NCBI GenBank assembly: GCA_021836035.1
Contig: JAKBJL010000005.1
Span: forward strand, 1 to 43,347
Direction of reading: 5' to 3'
DNA length: 43,347 nt
Origin: a bacterium
GTDB taxonomy: Bacteria; Patescibacteriota; Microgenomatia; JAMCZE01
The translations under genes were made by a program, and so were the position numbers. Shown one piece after another: positions 9,583-20,661 of this stretch; position 1 is the first letter of the stretch; each line of letters starts with the position of its first letter. The notes under the pieces were generated by a model that saw only the letters and a program-made list of their open reading frames with translations, did no database searches and was not told the DNA's origin.

Positions 9583-11505
9583 TTATTCTACTACTTCCCC
9601 TTCTACCGGTTCTCCGGTCCCTCCGGCGGATCCGCTGGTCCCGCCGCCCGATCCCTGCTGCCCCTGTTGTCCGTCCCCCTCAGCCGTTTGACTATTCCCC
9701 GGTTGTCCGCCCGGGGCGGAATACATAGCCTGTCCGATTCTCTGTAATTCGTCGGAGAGCGCCCGCGATTTAGTTTCCATCTCTTCTTTACTGCCGCTAT
9801 CTAAAACTTTTTTCAGGTCCGCAATTTTTTCTTCTACATTTTTCCGGACATCAGCAGGCACCTTATCCCCCGCGTCCTTAAGAGATTTTTCCGCCGTAAA
9901 TATGAGGGAGTCGGCGTTATTTTTGGCGTCAATTGATTCTCTTTTCTGCTTATCTTCCTCGGCGTGCGCTTCCGCCTCTTTGGTCATCTTTTCAATTTCG
10001 TCTTTGGAGAGGCCGGTCGAACCGGTAATTTTAATGCTTTGCTCGCGGCCGGTGGCTTTATCTTTGGCTTTGACGCTCAAAATCCCTGAGGCGTCGATAT
10101 CAAAGGCCACTTCAATCTGCGGAACGCCGCGCGGCGCCGGGGGAATACCGTCCAAAATAAACCGTCCCAGAGACTTGTTGTCCGCGGCCATAGGCCGCTC
10201 GCCCTGAAGGACGTTAATTTCTACCTGGGTTTGATTATCTGCCGCCGTAGAAAATATTTGCGACTTACTCGTAGGCACGGTTGTATTCCTCTGGATAAGG
10301 GGAGTATCTACGCTCCCCAAGGTTTCAATACCTAAAGTCAGCGGGGTAACGTCAAGGAGCAAAACATCTTTCACTTCTCCGCCCAGTACTCCTCCCTGGA
10401 CCGCCGCGCCGACCGCCACCACCTCATCCGGGTTGACCGATTTATTCGGCTCTTTACCGAAAAACTTCGTTACCGTCTCCACTACTTTCGGCATCCGGGT
10501 CATTCCCCCGACCATAACTACTTCGTCGATGTCGGTAGTTTTCTTTCCGGCATCGGCTAACGCTTTTTTGCAGGGTTCCAAAGTTTTCTGGATCAGATCG
10601 TCAACAATCTGCTCCAGCTTAGCCCGGGTCAATTTCATGGTTAAATGCAAAGGCCCGTTGGGCCCCTGGGTGATAAAAGGCTGGTTTATCTCCACTTCTG
10701 TTGCCGAGGATAATTCAATTTTGGCCTTTTCCGCTGCCTCGCGCAGTCTCTGCAAAGCCTGTGGATCTTTGCGCAAATCGACCTGGTTTTCTTTCTTAAA
10801 TTCGTCGGCAATATAATCTAAAATCTTTTTATCAAAATCATCGCCGCCGAGGTGAGTATCACCGTTGGTCGATTTTACTTCATAAACACCTTCGCCTAAT
10901 TCCAAAATGGAAACATCAAAAGTGCCGCCTCCCAAGTCGTAAACAACGATGGTATGGGCGTTTTTCTTGTCCAGACCGTAAGCAAGTGCTGCCGCCGTCG
11001 GTTCATTAATTATCCGCAGGACTTCAAGGCCCGCGATCTCTCCCGCTTGTTTGGTCGCCTGTCTTTGGGCATCGTCAAAATAGGCCGGAACCGTAATTAC
11101 CGCCTGGGCAACCTTCCCGCCCAGGTAAGCCTCGGCGTCTGCTTTAATTTTTTGGAGAATCATCGCGGAAACTTCCTGAGGGGTAAATTGCCGTCCCGCA
11201 ACCTCCACAACCGCCATGCCGTCGCGGCCGGATTTAATTTCATAAGGCAGCCACTTAGTATCATATTGGACCGAGGGATCGGTGTATTTCCTCCCCATGA
11301 GCCTTTTGATGGAAAAAATCGTTTCCTTGGGTTTGAGAACTAATTGGCGTTTAGCAACATCGCCGACGACATGGGTGATCGGATCGACTACCGACGGAAT
11401 AACATTCCGCCCTTCGCGGCTGTAAATAACCTTCGGCGAGCCGCCTTCCATCACGGCAACGCAGCTATTGGTTGTTCCTAAGTCAATTCCGATAATTTTT
11501 GCCAT
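9583..11505 (-). CDS. dnaK: molecular chaperone DnaK (Hsp70)
   Basis: It has [26 protein letters not shown] and a Gly/Gln-rich tail ending EGEVVE. Confidence 0.98.
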   Translation of the reverse strand: MAKIIGIDLGTTNSCVAVMEGGSPKVIYSREGRNVIPSVVDPITHVVGDVAKRQLVLKPKETIFSIKRLMGRKYTDPSVQYDTKWLPYEIKSGRDGMAVVEVAGRQFTPQEVSAMILQKIKADAEAYLGGKVAQAVITVPAYFDDAQRQATKQAGEIAGLEVLRIINEPTAAALAYGLDKKNAHTIVVYDLGGGTFDVSILELGEGVYEVKSTNGDTHLGGDDFDKKILDYIADEFKKENQVDLRKDPQALQRLREAAEKAKIELSSATEVEINQPFITQGPNGPLHLTMKLTRAKLEQIVDDLIQKTLEPCKKALADAGKKTTDIDEVVMVGGMTRMPKVVETVTKFFGKEPNKSVNPDEVVAVGAAVQGGVLGGEVKDVLLLDVTPLTLGIETLGSVDTPLIQRNTTVPTSKSQIFSTAADNQTQVEINVLQGERPMAADNKSLGRFILDGIPPAPRGVPQIEVAFDIDASGILSVKAKDKATGREQSIKITGSTGLSKDEIEKMTKEAEAHAEEDKQKRESIDAKNNADSLIFTAEKSLKDAGDKVPADVRKNVEEKIADLKKVLDSGSKEEMETKSRALSDELQRIGQAMYSAPGGQPGNSQTAEGDGQQGQQGSGGGTSGSAGGTGEPVEGEVVE

Positions 11506-11564
11506 ACTTTTAATTTATTATATTAAATCCGAAACCCGAATTTCGATATTCAAAAAAATTCAAT

Positions 11565-12032
11565 TTAGACTTTTTTACTTACTTTTACTTTTGCCGGCCG
11601 GATAACCCTGCCGTTCAGGCGGTAACCCTTTTGGATTATCCCTAAAACCTTGTTATCTTCTTCTCCGGGAATGACTTCCAGCGCTTCAAACAGGTTAGGG
11701 TCGAACTCTTCCCCTTCCGCTTTTATCTCCTCTAATCCCTTATTTTTTAAGATTATCTTTAACTTGTCAATTATCAATTGCAGGCCGGTGTCCTGGATAT
11801 GTTCCTGGGCTTTTTCCAGATTATCCAGAATTTCGAGCAGCTGCGCAATCAAATCCTGATTGGCGAATTTAACAAATTCTTCTTTCCAGCTCTGCGTTTG
11901 TTTCTCTAAATTCTGATAATCCGCCAGCGACCGCAAATATTTATTGTTCAGGTCGGTTGTTTTATCCTCCAATTCCTGAATTTTCTGTTTTAGACCGTCT
12001 GGTTCGTTATTTTCATTTTTGCTTATTTTCAT
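11565..12032 (-). CDS. grpE: nucleotide exchange factor GrpE
   Basis: A 155 aa protein with a coiled-coil N-terminus (YLRSLADYQNLEKQ) and a beta-domain C-terminus (GYRLNGRVIRPAKVKV), in the expected operon position. Confidence 0.9.
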   Translation of the reverse strand: MKISKNENNEPDGLKQKIQELEDKTTDLNNKYLRSLADYQNLEKQTQSWKEEFVKFANQDLIAQLLEILDNLEKAQEHIQDTGLQLIIDKLKIILKNKGLEEIKAEGEEFDPNLFEALEVIPGEEDNKVLGIIQKGYRLNGRVIRPAKVKVSKKV

Positions 12033-12083
12033 CGCCTTCTATCTTGTTATCTGCCGTTAGCCTGTCAATTATCCATTTGCCTG

Positions 12084-12815
12084 TTACCAATTCCCTACCA
12101 TTTCATCAATCAAATTTCCGAAATAGCGGATGGTGGGAATTACTACCGGGTAATTAAACCGGTAGGGGCCGATAATCCCTATCGAGCCTCCGTACTTTTT
12201 TCCCTCACCGAAATGGGTAAATACTAAACTGCAAGGCTCCAAAAAGCTCTCCCCCAGATCATCACCGATCAGGATATGAATGTCTTCCGGACCGACAGCT
12301 CGTTCAAAAAGGTGATTGACGTAATCGATCTGGTCCAGCATGGAAAGAACCGTCCGGGTGAGGTCAATATCATAAAATTCCGGCATGTCCAAAATATTGG
12401 CTGCCCCAGCGGAATAAAGATTATGTTCATTATCGAGGGCCACCGCCAGACTTTTGGTACGCCGGGCTAGCTCCCGGGTCGCCTCCCCGAGCGTCTTGCG
12501 AAACTCGCTACGATAATTCCAAAGCTTTTCTTTTACGGCAACCTCATCGGAAACGGAAAGATCTCGGGGCTTCATGAGGTTGCTGACATAATATTTTAAA
12601 GCCAAAGGGGTAGGAGTCCTCCCGGAACTGGTATGAATTTGCTTCAGATAGCCCAGTTTGGTTAGCTCACCCATCTCGTTCCTGATGGTGGCCGGTGAAA
12701 CACCGAGACCGTACTTTTTATCCAGCTTTTCGGAACCAACAGGAGCTGCTGTTCCAATATATTCATCAATGACCGACCTGAGAATTTCTTTTTGTCTTTC
12801 CGAAAGATCCTGCAT
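12084..12815 (-). CDS. hrcA: heat-inducible transcription repressor HrcA, short form (~243 aa)
   Basis: It has LSERQKEILRSVIDEYIGTAAPVGS (a winged HTH) and a C-terminal GIIGPYRFNYPVVIPTIRY. I prefer the ATG at 12815, because the ORF-track start at 12839 is a TTG. A CIRCE operator lies directly upstream. Confidence 0.85.
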   Translation of the reverse strand: MQDLSERQKEILRSVIDEYIGTAAPVGSEKLDKKYGLGVSPATIRNEMGELTKLGYLKQIHTSSGRTPTPLALKYYVSNLMKPRDLSVSDEVAVKEKLWNYRSEFRKTLGEATRELARRTKSLAVALDNEHNLYSAGAANILDMPEFYDIDLTRTVLSMLDQIDYVNHLFERAVGPEDIHILIGDDLGESFLEPCSLVFTHFGEGKKYGGSIGIIGPYRFNYPVVIPTIRYFGNLIDEMVGNW

Positions 12816-12860
12816 ATGGTATTTCTTCAGACCAGGCAATTGTCCCGAGCCTGCGAAGGG

Positions 12861-12887
12861 TTAGCACTAATCTAACATGAGTGCTAA
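12861..12887. promoter_or_regulatory. CIRCE operator (HrcA binding site)
   Basis: TTAGCACTA-ATCTAACAT-GAGTGCTAA closely matches the consensus TTAGCACTC-N9-GAGTGCTAA. Confidence 0.88.
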
Positions 12888-12897
12888 AAGTTGTCAA
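12869..12897 (-). promoter_or_regulatory. sigma70-type promoter of the hrcA-grpE-dnaK-dnaJ operon, overlapped by CIRCE
   Basis: The minus strand reads TTGACA (12897-12892), a 17-nt spacer, then TAGATT (12874-12869). Confidence 0.65.
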
Positions 12898-12995
12898 GGG
12901 GTGAACCGGGCGGTTCATCCTAAAAACACCGTCAGAAGCCAAGCATGAGGCATTTTCGCCCAGAAAGTACAGCCGAATACTTGGCATAGACGGGG

Positions 12996-13274
12996 TTAAT
13001 TCTGGAAAGTTTCCATGTCTACCCGCTCCCCGATAAACTTTACCCCCTCCGCTTCCAGCCTTTTGCGCTGTTCCCAACAGCCTCCGAAAGCAAAAGCGTC
13101 CGATAAATGCCCGTCGGCGAAAACTACCCGGTGGCAAGGTACCTCGGGCGACTGATTCCGGTGGAGAATTCTTCCGACCGCCCGCGCGCCGGTCCCGGCG
13201 CATTTGGCCACCTGACCGTAAGTCATTACTTTACCGACCGGAATTTGAGAGACGGCCGCATAAACTTTTTGCAT
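12996..13274 (-). CDS. ogt: methylated-DNA-protein-cysteine methyltransferase, DNA-binding/active-site domain only (~92 aa)
   Basis: It has GKVMTYGQVA and the active-site PCHRVV. I prefer the ATG at 13274 (MQKVYAAVSQIP), because the longer track ORF (to 13373) would swallow the groES promoter. Confidence 0.8.
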   Translation of the reverse strand: MQKVYAAVSQIPVGKVMTYGQVAKCAGTGARAVGRILHRNQSPEVPCHRVVFADGHLSDAFAFGGCWEQRKRLEAEGVKFIGERVDMETFQN

Positions 13275-13362
13275 ACTATTAATATAACCCCCAGTCAAAT
13301 ATATTGCTACGCTGGCGCCCGGAGGTGGGGATCGCAGCAACAATATAATTTTAATGCGGCCC

Positions 13363-13392
13363 TTGACAACCAAAACGGGTATGTTCTAGAAT
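13363..13392 (+). promoter_or_regulatory. groES-groEL promoter
   Basis: TTGACA (13363-13368), an 18-nt spacer, then TAGAAT (13387-13392). Confidence 0.55.
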
Positions 13393-13417
13393 AGCAATCG
13401 ACTAACAGGAGTGACAA
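13391..13417. promoter_or_regulatory. degenerate CIRCE-like element downstream of the groES -10
   Basis: ATAGCAATC-GACTAACAG-GAGTGACAA matches the CIRCE consensus at 7/9 in each half. The two halves are poorly complementary to each other (5/9). Confidence 0.35.
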
Positions 13418-13438
13418 CCTTACTGCCCCGGTAAGTTT

Positions 13439-13738
13439 ATGGCTAAAACAAATATTCAACCGTTATTTGACTATGTCCTGGTAAGACCGCTTGAGGGCGA
13501 AGAAAAAACCGCCAGCGGTATTCTTCTTCCCGATACCGCAAAAGAAAAACCCCAAATGGGAACGGTGATGGCCGTCGGCCCGGGAACGGTTACAGATGAG
13601 GGTAAAAAAGTTCCCATGCAGGTTAAAAAAGGCCAGAAAGTTATTTATAAAAAATGGGGCGGCAACGAAATTAAGGTCTGCTCCGAGGAGTGGTTGTTGG
13701 TCGAACAGAAAGATATTATGGGAATCGTTGATGATTAG
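13439..13738 (+). CDS. groES: co-chaperonin GroES
   Basis: A 99 aa protein with PLFDYVLVRP...ASGILLPDTAKEKP...GTVMAVGPG. Confidence 0.97.
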   Translation: MAKTNIQPLFDYVLVRPLEGEEKTASGILLPDTAKEKPQMGTVMAVGPGTVTDEGKKVPMQVKKGQKVIYKKWGGNEIKVCSEEWLLVEQKDIMGIVDD

Positions 13739-13768
13739 CGCATAGCGTAAAGAATTTTTATACGCTAA

Positions 13769-15424
<1,656 letters not shown>

Positions 15425-15446
15425 CCCCGATCGCATCAGGGCTCCT

Positions 15447-16139
15447 TTATTTGTTGGCAACCACAATATCCGGTAAAATTTCAGCGGGGTCGATAAGTTT
15501 TCCGTCCTGGCGGATTTCCAGGTGGACATGGGGACCGGTAGAAAAACCTGTGCTGCCGACTTTCCCGATTTGGGTATCCACGGATACTTTATCTCCCGCT
15601 TTAACATCAATTTCCGAGAAATGGCCATAAAGAGAAGTGAATCCCCCTCCGTGATCGATAATTACATGCTTGCCGTAGCCGTACCAATCATAATTTGCGG
15701 CAAGGACCGTACCGTCCATAATGGGGTAAACCGGAAGGCCGTATAAGGCGGCTAAATCAATGCCGCTATGGTACCAGGAAAATCCCCGGGAAACATATAA
15801 AAGCTTCACCGGGATATGTGTAGTAATTTTGGTGGTAACGCTGATCTGCGGCGTTTCCGCATTGATTGTCGGGACTCCGCCGATATTAGCCGCGAAAGAA
15901 TAATTATGAATAAAGACGGAAAAAACAAATAAAGAGAGGAGGGCCAGACCGGCGAGTTTTTTCACTCTCTTGGCCGGACGGACTTTCGAAAGATATTCAC
16001 CGATATAGCTGCGTTCCGCGGAAGCTATGCCGAAGAAGCGGGAAAATCCCGCCCAAATAGCTTCCGTTATCCCCAACATTTCTTTTCTTTCCGGCTTCTT
16101 CGCCCTTTTTGCCGGGGAAACTTTGCGCTTTTTGGCCAT
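15447..16139 (-). CDS. membrane-anchored M23 (LytM-type) metallopeptidase
   Basis: It has a basic N-terminus plus one TM segment, then WYHSGIDLAA, GHFSEI and GSTGFSTGPHVHLEIR. Confidence 0.85.
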   Translation of the reverse strand: MAKKRKVSPAKRAKKPERKEMLGITEAIWAGFSRFFGIASAERSYIGEYLSKVRPAKRVKKLAGLALLSLFVFSVFIHNYSFAANIGGVPTINAETPQISVTTKITTHIPVKLLYVSRGFSWYHSGIDLAALYGLPVYPIMDGTVLAANYDWYGYGKHVIIDHGGGFTSLYGHFSEIDVKAGDKVSVDTQIGKVGSTGFSTGPHVHLEIRQDGKLIDPAEILPDIVVANK

Positions 16140-16345
16140 AAATTAATGGTCCTCGTCTCCCGGTTTGGGCAGGGATTCGGGCCATCAAAAAAGCTTCTCG
16201 CATTGTCGCGGGAAGCAGAGCTGATCATACCAAAATCGTTTGCCAAAAGTCAAATCGGCACCTTCCGCCCCTGGCGGATGAAGTAATCCTGAACTAGCCT
16301 TTTGAATTTTCGAATTTTTATACAAATTTTATATATAATTCCCCT

Positions 16346-16951
16346 GTGCGAAAAATCATCTGCGGTTTGGACGAAGCCGGGCGGGGCGCTCTTGCCGGTC
16401 CTTTGGCAGCCTCCGCCGTTATCCTTCCCTACCGTTATAAACATATTTCCCGGCAGGTTAATGTCCCCTTAAGGGACAGCAAACTACTCAACAGCCGCCA
16501 GCGGGAAAAACTCTATCGGACTTTAAAAAAGAGCAAGGCGGTCATTTTTACGGAATTTATATCCGTCCGCCGGATCAATAATCACGGTATCGGCTGGGCT
16601 AATAAAGAAATTTTCCGACAGCTGATAAAAAAGATAGAAGCTGATCAATATATTATCGATGGCCGGCTTAAAATCGGTAGAATAAAGGATAAGTCGGCAA
16701 AAATCCGTTCTGTAGTAAACGCCGACGCTACCCTGCCCCCGGTTATTTTTGCCGGCATTGTTGCCAAAGTAGAACGGGATAAACTGATGAAAACTTTGCA
16801 CCGGCAATTCCGCCGCTACGGCTGGAAAATAAATAAAGGCTACGGAACCAAAAAACACCTTCTCGCTCTCCAAAAATACGGCATGGTTTACCTCCATCGC
16901 AGTATTTTTGTCACCACCGCCTTACAGAAAATTTACCGAACCACAACCTGA
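16346..16951 (+). CDS. rnhB: ribonuclease HII
   Basis: It has ICGLDEAGRGALAGPL...LRDSKLL...GYGTKKH. The start is a GTG, and a TATAAT at 16334-16339 lies only 6 nt upstream of it. Confidence 0.9.
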   Translation: MRKIICGLDEAGRGALAGPLAASAVILPYRYKHISRQVNVPLRDSKLLNSRQREKLYRTLKKSKAVIFTEFISVRRINNHGIGWANKEIFRQLIKKIEADQYIIDGRLKIGRIKDKSAKIRSVVNADATLPPVIFAGIVAKVERDKLMKTLHRQFRRYGWKINKGYGTKKHLLALQKYGMVYLHRSIFVTTALQKIYRTTT

Positions 16952-17116
16952 GGCGCTAAATCCCCGCACTAAAATCAGCCCCGAGTAATTGTTATATGGC
17001 TATCCATAAATTATTTTTGGAATTGGGGCAAAGGCAAACAGCACTCCTAATAAAAAAGCCGCTCGCCTGGCGCTACTGAGTTATTGAACCGCCCGCTTGC
17101 GTAGTCTAAGAAAAAA

Positions 17117-17356
17117 GTGGACCGCCTCAAGGAATTAGCATCTAAGATCACTTTCCAATTAAAAGAAGAATTTGGAATCGAGGAGCCGCCTTTGCGTTTT
17201 CTCCGGGAAATAAAAGGAGCGGGGCCCAAGAAAGAAAAAAGACATCATAAGGTTAAAAGAAAAACCCATCCCCGCAGGCAAAAAAATGAAAAGAGCAAGC
17301 GGCATAAGAAAAACAGAATAAACCTGACCGAAAATCAATATCTAATCGCCCGGTAA
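17117..17356 (+). CDS. hypothetical small, extremely basic protein (GTG start)
   Basis: The ORF is alone in an otherwise empty intergenic region. Its C-terminal half is K/R/H-rich (GPKKEKRHHKVKRKTHPRRQKNEKSKRHKKNR). I recognised no family. Confidence 0.35.
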   Translation: MDRLKELASKITFQLKEEFGIEEPPLRFLREIKGAGPKKEKRHHKVKRKTHPRRQKNEKSKRHKKNRINLTENQYLIAR

Positions 17357-17452
17357 TCTGCGTTTAACCCACAACCGGCCAGGCGAAGCTGCCATTACCC
17401 AAGCAATTAATGAAATTTACCCCCTACCAAGGATAACCGTAAAAAGACCGGG

Positions 17453-17785
17453 ATGTATGCCAAGCGCGTTTATGGCAGCCGGGGAGAAGTTTACCAGAAA
17501 TCGCGTAACGCAGCTAAAATATTAACCGGGGAAGGGGAAAACGCCGAGATACCTCTCAGTGAAGAACAATTACACCGTTTGGATTTTACTCCTCATACCA
17601 AACAAATTTTTGAACATATCAATAGCGTGGAAAAATACCGGGGCAAAACTGTAACTGAAATCCTTAGGGGAAACATCCGTAATATACGGAAAAAAGTATT
17701 ACCCGAACAATCCGTAACCCGGGAACCCCTACACCGCCGCCGACAACATAATTCTCCTGCATTGGAAGGCTTTGATTTTCCCTAA
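17453..17785 (+). CDS. hypothetical protein
   Basis: A 110 aa ORF with no competing ORF and no recognisable motif. Confidence 0.4.
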   Translation: MYAKRVYGSRGEVYQKSRNAAKILTGEGENAEIPLSEEQLHRLDFTPHTKQIFEHINSVEKYRGKTVTEILRGNIRNIRKKVLPEQSVTREPLHRRRQHNSPALEGFDFP

Positions 17786-17796
17786 AAATAAGGCGG

Positions 17797-18630
17797 TCAA
17801 GGAGTGGTTATTGGAGTAGAAGCTGGCGTCGGAACCGCTACTGTCGGAGTCGGGGTGGCTGACGGCGTAGCCGTTGGCGCAGGTGTTCCGGAAGGGGTAG
17901 CCACCGGTGTCGGTGAAACCTCCGCCGATTCCGTGCCGCCGTTTTCTCCGCTGGGCGTCGCTAAAGGCTGCTTTTTAAAAATGCCCGTCGCTTTGCCGGG
18001 AATAATATGGATCCATCTGGCGACCAGTGTGCTTCCCGTCGGATCGCCGACCGCCACAATCCTCTGCCCGATCTGTAAAGCGGCGCTACCGGAAGCGTCT
18101 TTGACGTTGCTTTTGATTATCGTCGCAGGAGTAACGGTTACCGTCCAGGTCCGGTCTCTCTGTGTTTGGTGAACCAAAGTTAAAGTTGAGCCGGAAATAT
18201 TGCTGATTAATCCTTCTACTGCCCGCCGGTTTAATTCGGCGGAAGTAGTTGCCTTCCGGACAAAAATTTTCTTTGCCCGCTTGCCGCTGGACGTCGCTGT
18301 CCCGCTTGTCGTGCTCTCGATGATAACCAGATCATCGGTTTTAATATCCCTTAACCTTAAAGACTTGCCGCCGGGACCGTAAACTTTAGTGTCCGTCCGC
18401 GTTTCCACTGTCTGTTCCGTATCAGTATTTTTATTGCCGCGAACCACGACCGCTTGGGGTTGAACCTTGGCAACGCTGCCCATCACCGGCTTATTATATT
18501 TTTTACCCGCTTGTCCCTGGTTTCCGCGGTCCAAAGAATTCTGGCTCTTAGCCAGAACCGGAAAAGTCAAAACCAAACAAAGCAGAGCAACAAAAGTAAC
18601 AAAAATGATATTTTTCCTTAAAGTTCTCAT
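17797..18630 (-). CDS. secreted protein with a Pro/Thr-rich C-terminal linker
   Basis: It has a signal peptide from the ATG at 18630 (MRTLRKNIIFVTFVALLCLVLTFPVLAKS) and the tail TPVATPSGTPAPTATPSATPTPTVAVPTPASTPITTP. The track start at 18660 would overlap the upstream gene. Confidence 0.6.
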   Translation of the reverse strand: MRTLRKNIIFVTFVALLCLVLTFPVLAKSQNSLDRGNQGQAGKKYNKPVMGSVAKVQPQAVVVRGNKNTDTEQTVETRTDTKVYGPGGKSLRLRDIKTDDLVIIESTTSGTATSSGKRAKKIFVRKATTSAELNRRAVEGLISNISGSTLTLVHQTQRDRTWTVTVTPATIIKSNVKDASGSAALQIGQRIVAVGDPTGSTLVARWIHIIPGKATGIFKKQPLATPSGENGGTESAEVSPTPVATPSGTPAPTATPSATPTPTVAVPTPASTPITTP

Positions 18631-18634
18631 ATTT

Positions 18635-19096
18635 TTAAGAACCGCTGGTGTCGTAAACAACGCTCATCATCAGTTTCTTATCATCGCTGCCGTCGCCTAA
18701 AGCGCTGATGGTTAAAAAATTAATACCGCCGTCTAAATTAACATTGGCCGTAAAATTTCCATGGTTATCACTTTCTACCGTATTCTCGTCATTGTCGGTA
18801 AAAGCGACCACCGTGGTATTCGGCAGGGTCCGGCCGCTGACGGTCAGATTTTTTTCGTTTACTACCGTGCCGTCGCTCGGATTAGTTACCTCCAGAAAAA
18901 GCGGCCGGGCAGCGACTTGCTGCGGCTGAGGAGACGGAGCCGCGGTTTGCGGCTTGGTTAATTGGATCGCCAACAAAATACCCCCGGCAACCAAAAACAA
19001 GGCGATAAGGCTTACCGCCACGGGAACAACCATGCCATAACTTTGGAACCTTTCTTTAACAGAAGCCAACTTTGCTTTAAGCGTTTCTAAATTCAC
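18635..19096 (-). CDS. membrane-anchored protein with an Ig-like beta-rich ectodomain
   Basis: It has one N-terminal TM segment (VVPVAVSLIALFLVAGGILLAIQL). It is tightly packed between capA and the PT-rich gene. Confidence 0.55.
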   Translation of the reverse strand: MNLETLKAKLASVKERFQSYGMVVPVAVSLIALFLVAGGILLAIQLTKPQTAAPSPQPQQVAARPLFLEVTNPSDGTVVNEKNLTVSGRTLPNTTVVAFTDNDENTVESDNHGNFTANVNLDGGINFLTISALGDGSDDKKLMMSVVYDTSGS

Positions 19097-19119
19097 TATT
19101 ATTATTTATAAACAATATT

Positions 19120-20211
19120 TTAGGGCTTGTCAAATGTATTCATATCTTCCGCTAATTTAGCGCTTTTTGAGGCAAGACTATCCAGAATTACCCGCCTTTC
19201 TCCGCCTTGCAAAAAGCGCGGTTGACCGTAATTTTCAATAATTAAAGGATAAAACTGCGCATCCGCTAACTGTTGCTGATAGAAAGTAAAGCGGCCGGCT
19301 ATGCCCTGTTTGGTCGGCAGGCTCCATTCCTGGTCAAAAATAAAATTACCGAGAGAATAAACAATCAATTTTCCGCGGTAAACTTCTAAAGACTGGATCC
19401 AATGGGGATGACTGCCGGCCACCAGGTCCGCCCCCGCGTCAATTGCCAGGTGTGCTAATTTTATCTGGCGGCTATCCGGTTGATCGGTATATTCCCGGCC
19501 CCAATGAAACAGAATAATAACCACCCCCGCGTCGGGGCGGGCAGCGGCAATCCCCTCCCGGACCCGCTCGGCGCTAACAGAAGCGATTGTGTCGTCGTAA
19601 GCCAGGAAAGTAAAAAGAAGATTGTTTATTTTCCGAAAAGTAGGTTTATTATCCCTCACCGTCAGAATATCTTTGGCTGCTAATACTTCTGCCGTTTCCT
19701 TTATCCCCGCTTCTCCGAAATTGCCGGCATGGTTATTGGACAGGCCCGCGATGTCAATGCCGGCAGCCGCCAAACCCTCAGCCTGCCGGGCGTCACCGCA
19801 AAATTTAAAGCCGCCGCTTATCACCGGACAAGCGGCAAGCAAAGGGCTTTCCAAATTAACGAGAGTCAGGTCTGCGCTTTGAAGAAACGGCGCGACCTTT
19901 TCCCATGGCCAGGAAAAATTTTGCTTTTGGATCACCAGCCTGTTGACCGTTCTCCCCAACATGACATCTCCGGTAATAATTAAAGTCCGCTTTCGCTCGG
20001 CGGGCAGGGTTGCCGTCCAGCTATGATCTTCCTGAAAAATCCGGTTTAAATCGAGCGGCCCCAAAGAGGGAGATTCCGGGAGTTTAATCTTGGCGGCTAA
20101 AGTTTCCTGCCGGGATCCGGTTTTCGGCCGCGGCTCCGTCCTTTTAATCCCTAATCCCCAAGCTAAAAATACCAACAACATTAAGCCGATCAGCAACCCC
20201 GGCTTTTTCAT
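19120..20211 (-). CDS. capA: CapA/PgsA-family metallophosphatase-like protein (poly-gamma-glutamate capsule synthesis family)
   Basis: It has an N-terminal TM segment, GDVMLGR, LSNNHAGNFG and GSHPHWIQ. Confidence 0.78.
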   Translation of the reverse strand: MKKPGLLIGLMLLVFLAWGLGIKRTEPRPKTGSRQETLAAKIKLPESPSLGPLDLNRIFQEDHSWTATLPAERKRTLIITGDVMLGRTVNRLVIQKQNFSWPWEKVAPFLQSADLTLVNLESPLLAACPVISGGFKFCGDARQAEGLAAAGIDIAGLSNNHAGNFGEAGIKETAEVLAAKDILTVRDNKPTFRKINNLLFTFLAYDDTIASVSAERVREGIAAARPDAGVVIILFHWGREYTDQPDSRQIKLAHLAIDAGADLVAGSHPHWIQSLEVYRGKLIVYSLGNFIFDQEWSLPTKQGIAGRFTFYQQQLADAQFYPLIIENYGQPRFLQGGERRVILDSLASKSAKLAEDMNTFDKP

Positions 20212-20606
20212 ATCCGATTCTACTCTTTTTCTCCGGGGCCTTTTTTTACCTCTGCCGTTAAAAATCTATAGCCCGTTAGTAAGCGCCGTAATTTGTCCTG
20301 ACGGGCTCATGCAAATAGGTTACTTTTAAAGTAAATCTTTACGAATAAAAACCTTATATATCAGGGTATTCAACCATAAATAATCAACTCTCGTCTTTTT
20401 CCATGGTTACCGGAAATTTGTAAATTATAGTGGTCCCTTTCGCCTTCGCCGTGTGCTTTTATACCACTGTTTTAAATTACAGCGGAGTTATTTAGTGTGA
20501 AAGAAGCAAATTGGTGTTTTTGACAATTTAAAACCTATCTCCCCGGGCAAGAACTACCCTCGCCTTTAGGTTGATAACCCGGATGAAAGCATACAAATAT
20601 CTACCC

Positions 20607-20651
20607 GGAGGTGTCGCCTCCACCCACCCGTCGGGTGTACTTCGGGCGGGT
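20607..20651 (-). terminator. twin hairpin 10 nt downstream of the 20662 gene stop; possible 3' structure or weak terminator
   Basis: On the minus strand there is a 9-bp stem ACCCGCCCG/CGGGUGGGU (one G-U pair; the same position is an A-C mismatch on the plus strand). It is followed by GGAGG-CGACA-CCUCC. The downstream tract is only moderately U-rich. Confidence 0.35.
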
Positions 20652-20661
20652 TTCCCCTCTT

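Noticed and set aside
12766-13203. A 145 aa minus-strand ORF bridging the hrcA upstream region and ogt.
   Set aside because: It overlaps the CIRCE/promoter region and the well-supported ogt frame. Its composition is Arg/Gly-rich and typical of an off-frame read.
20578-20592. CCCGGATGAAAGCAT resembles the SRP RNA domain IV sequence CCGGAAGGAAGCAGC.
   Set aside because: The flanks cannot form the required helix 8 pairing or a GNAR tetraloop, so it is only a linear resemblance.
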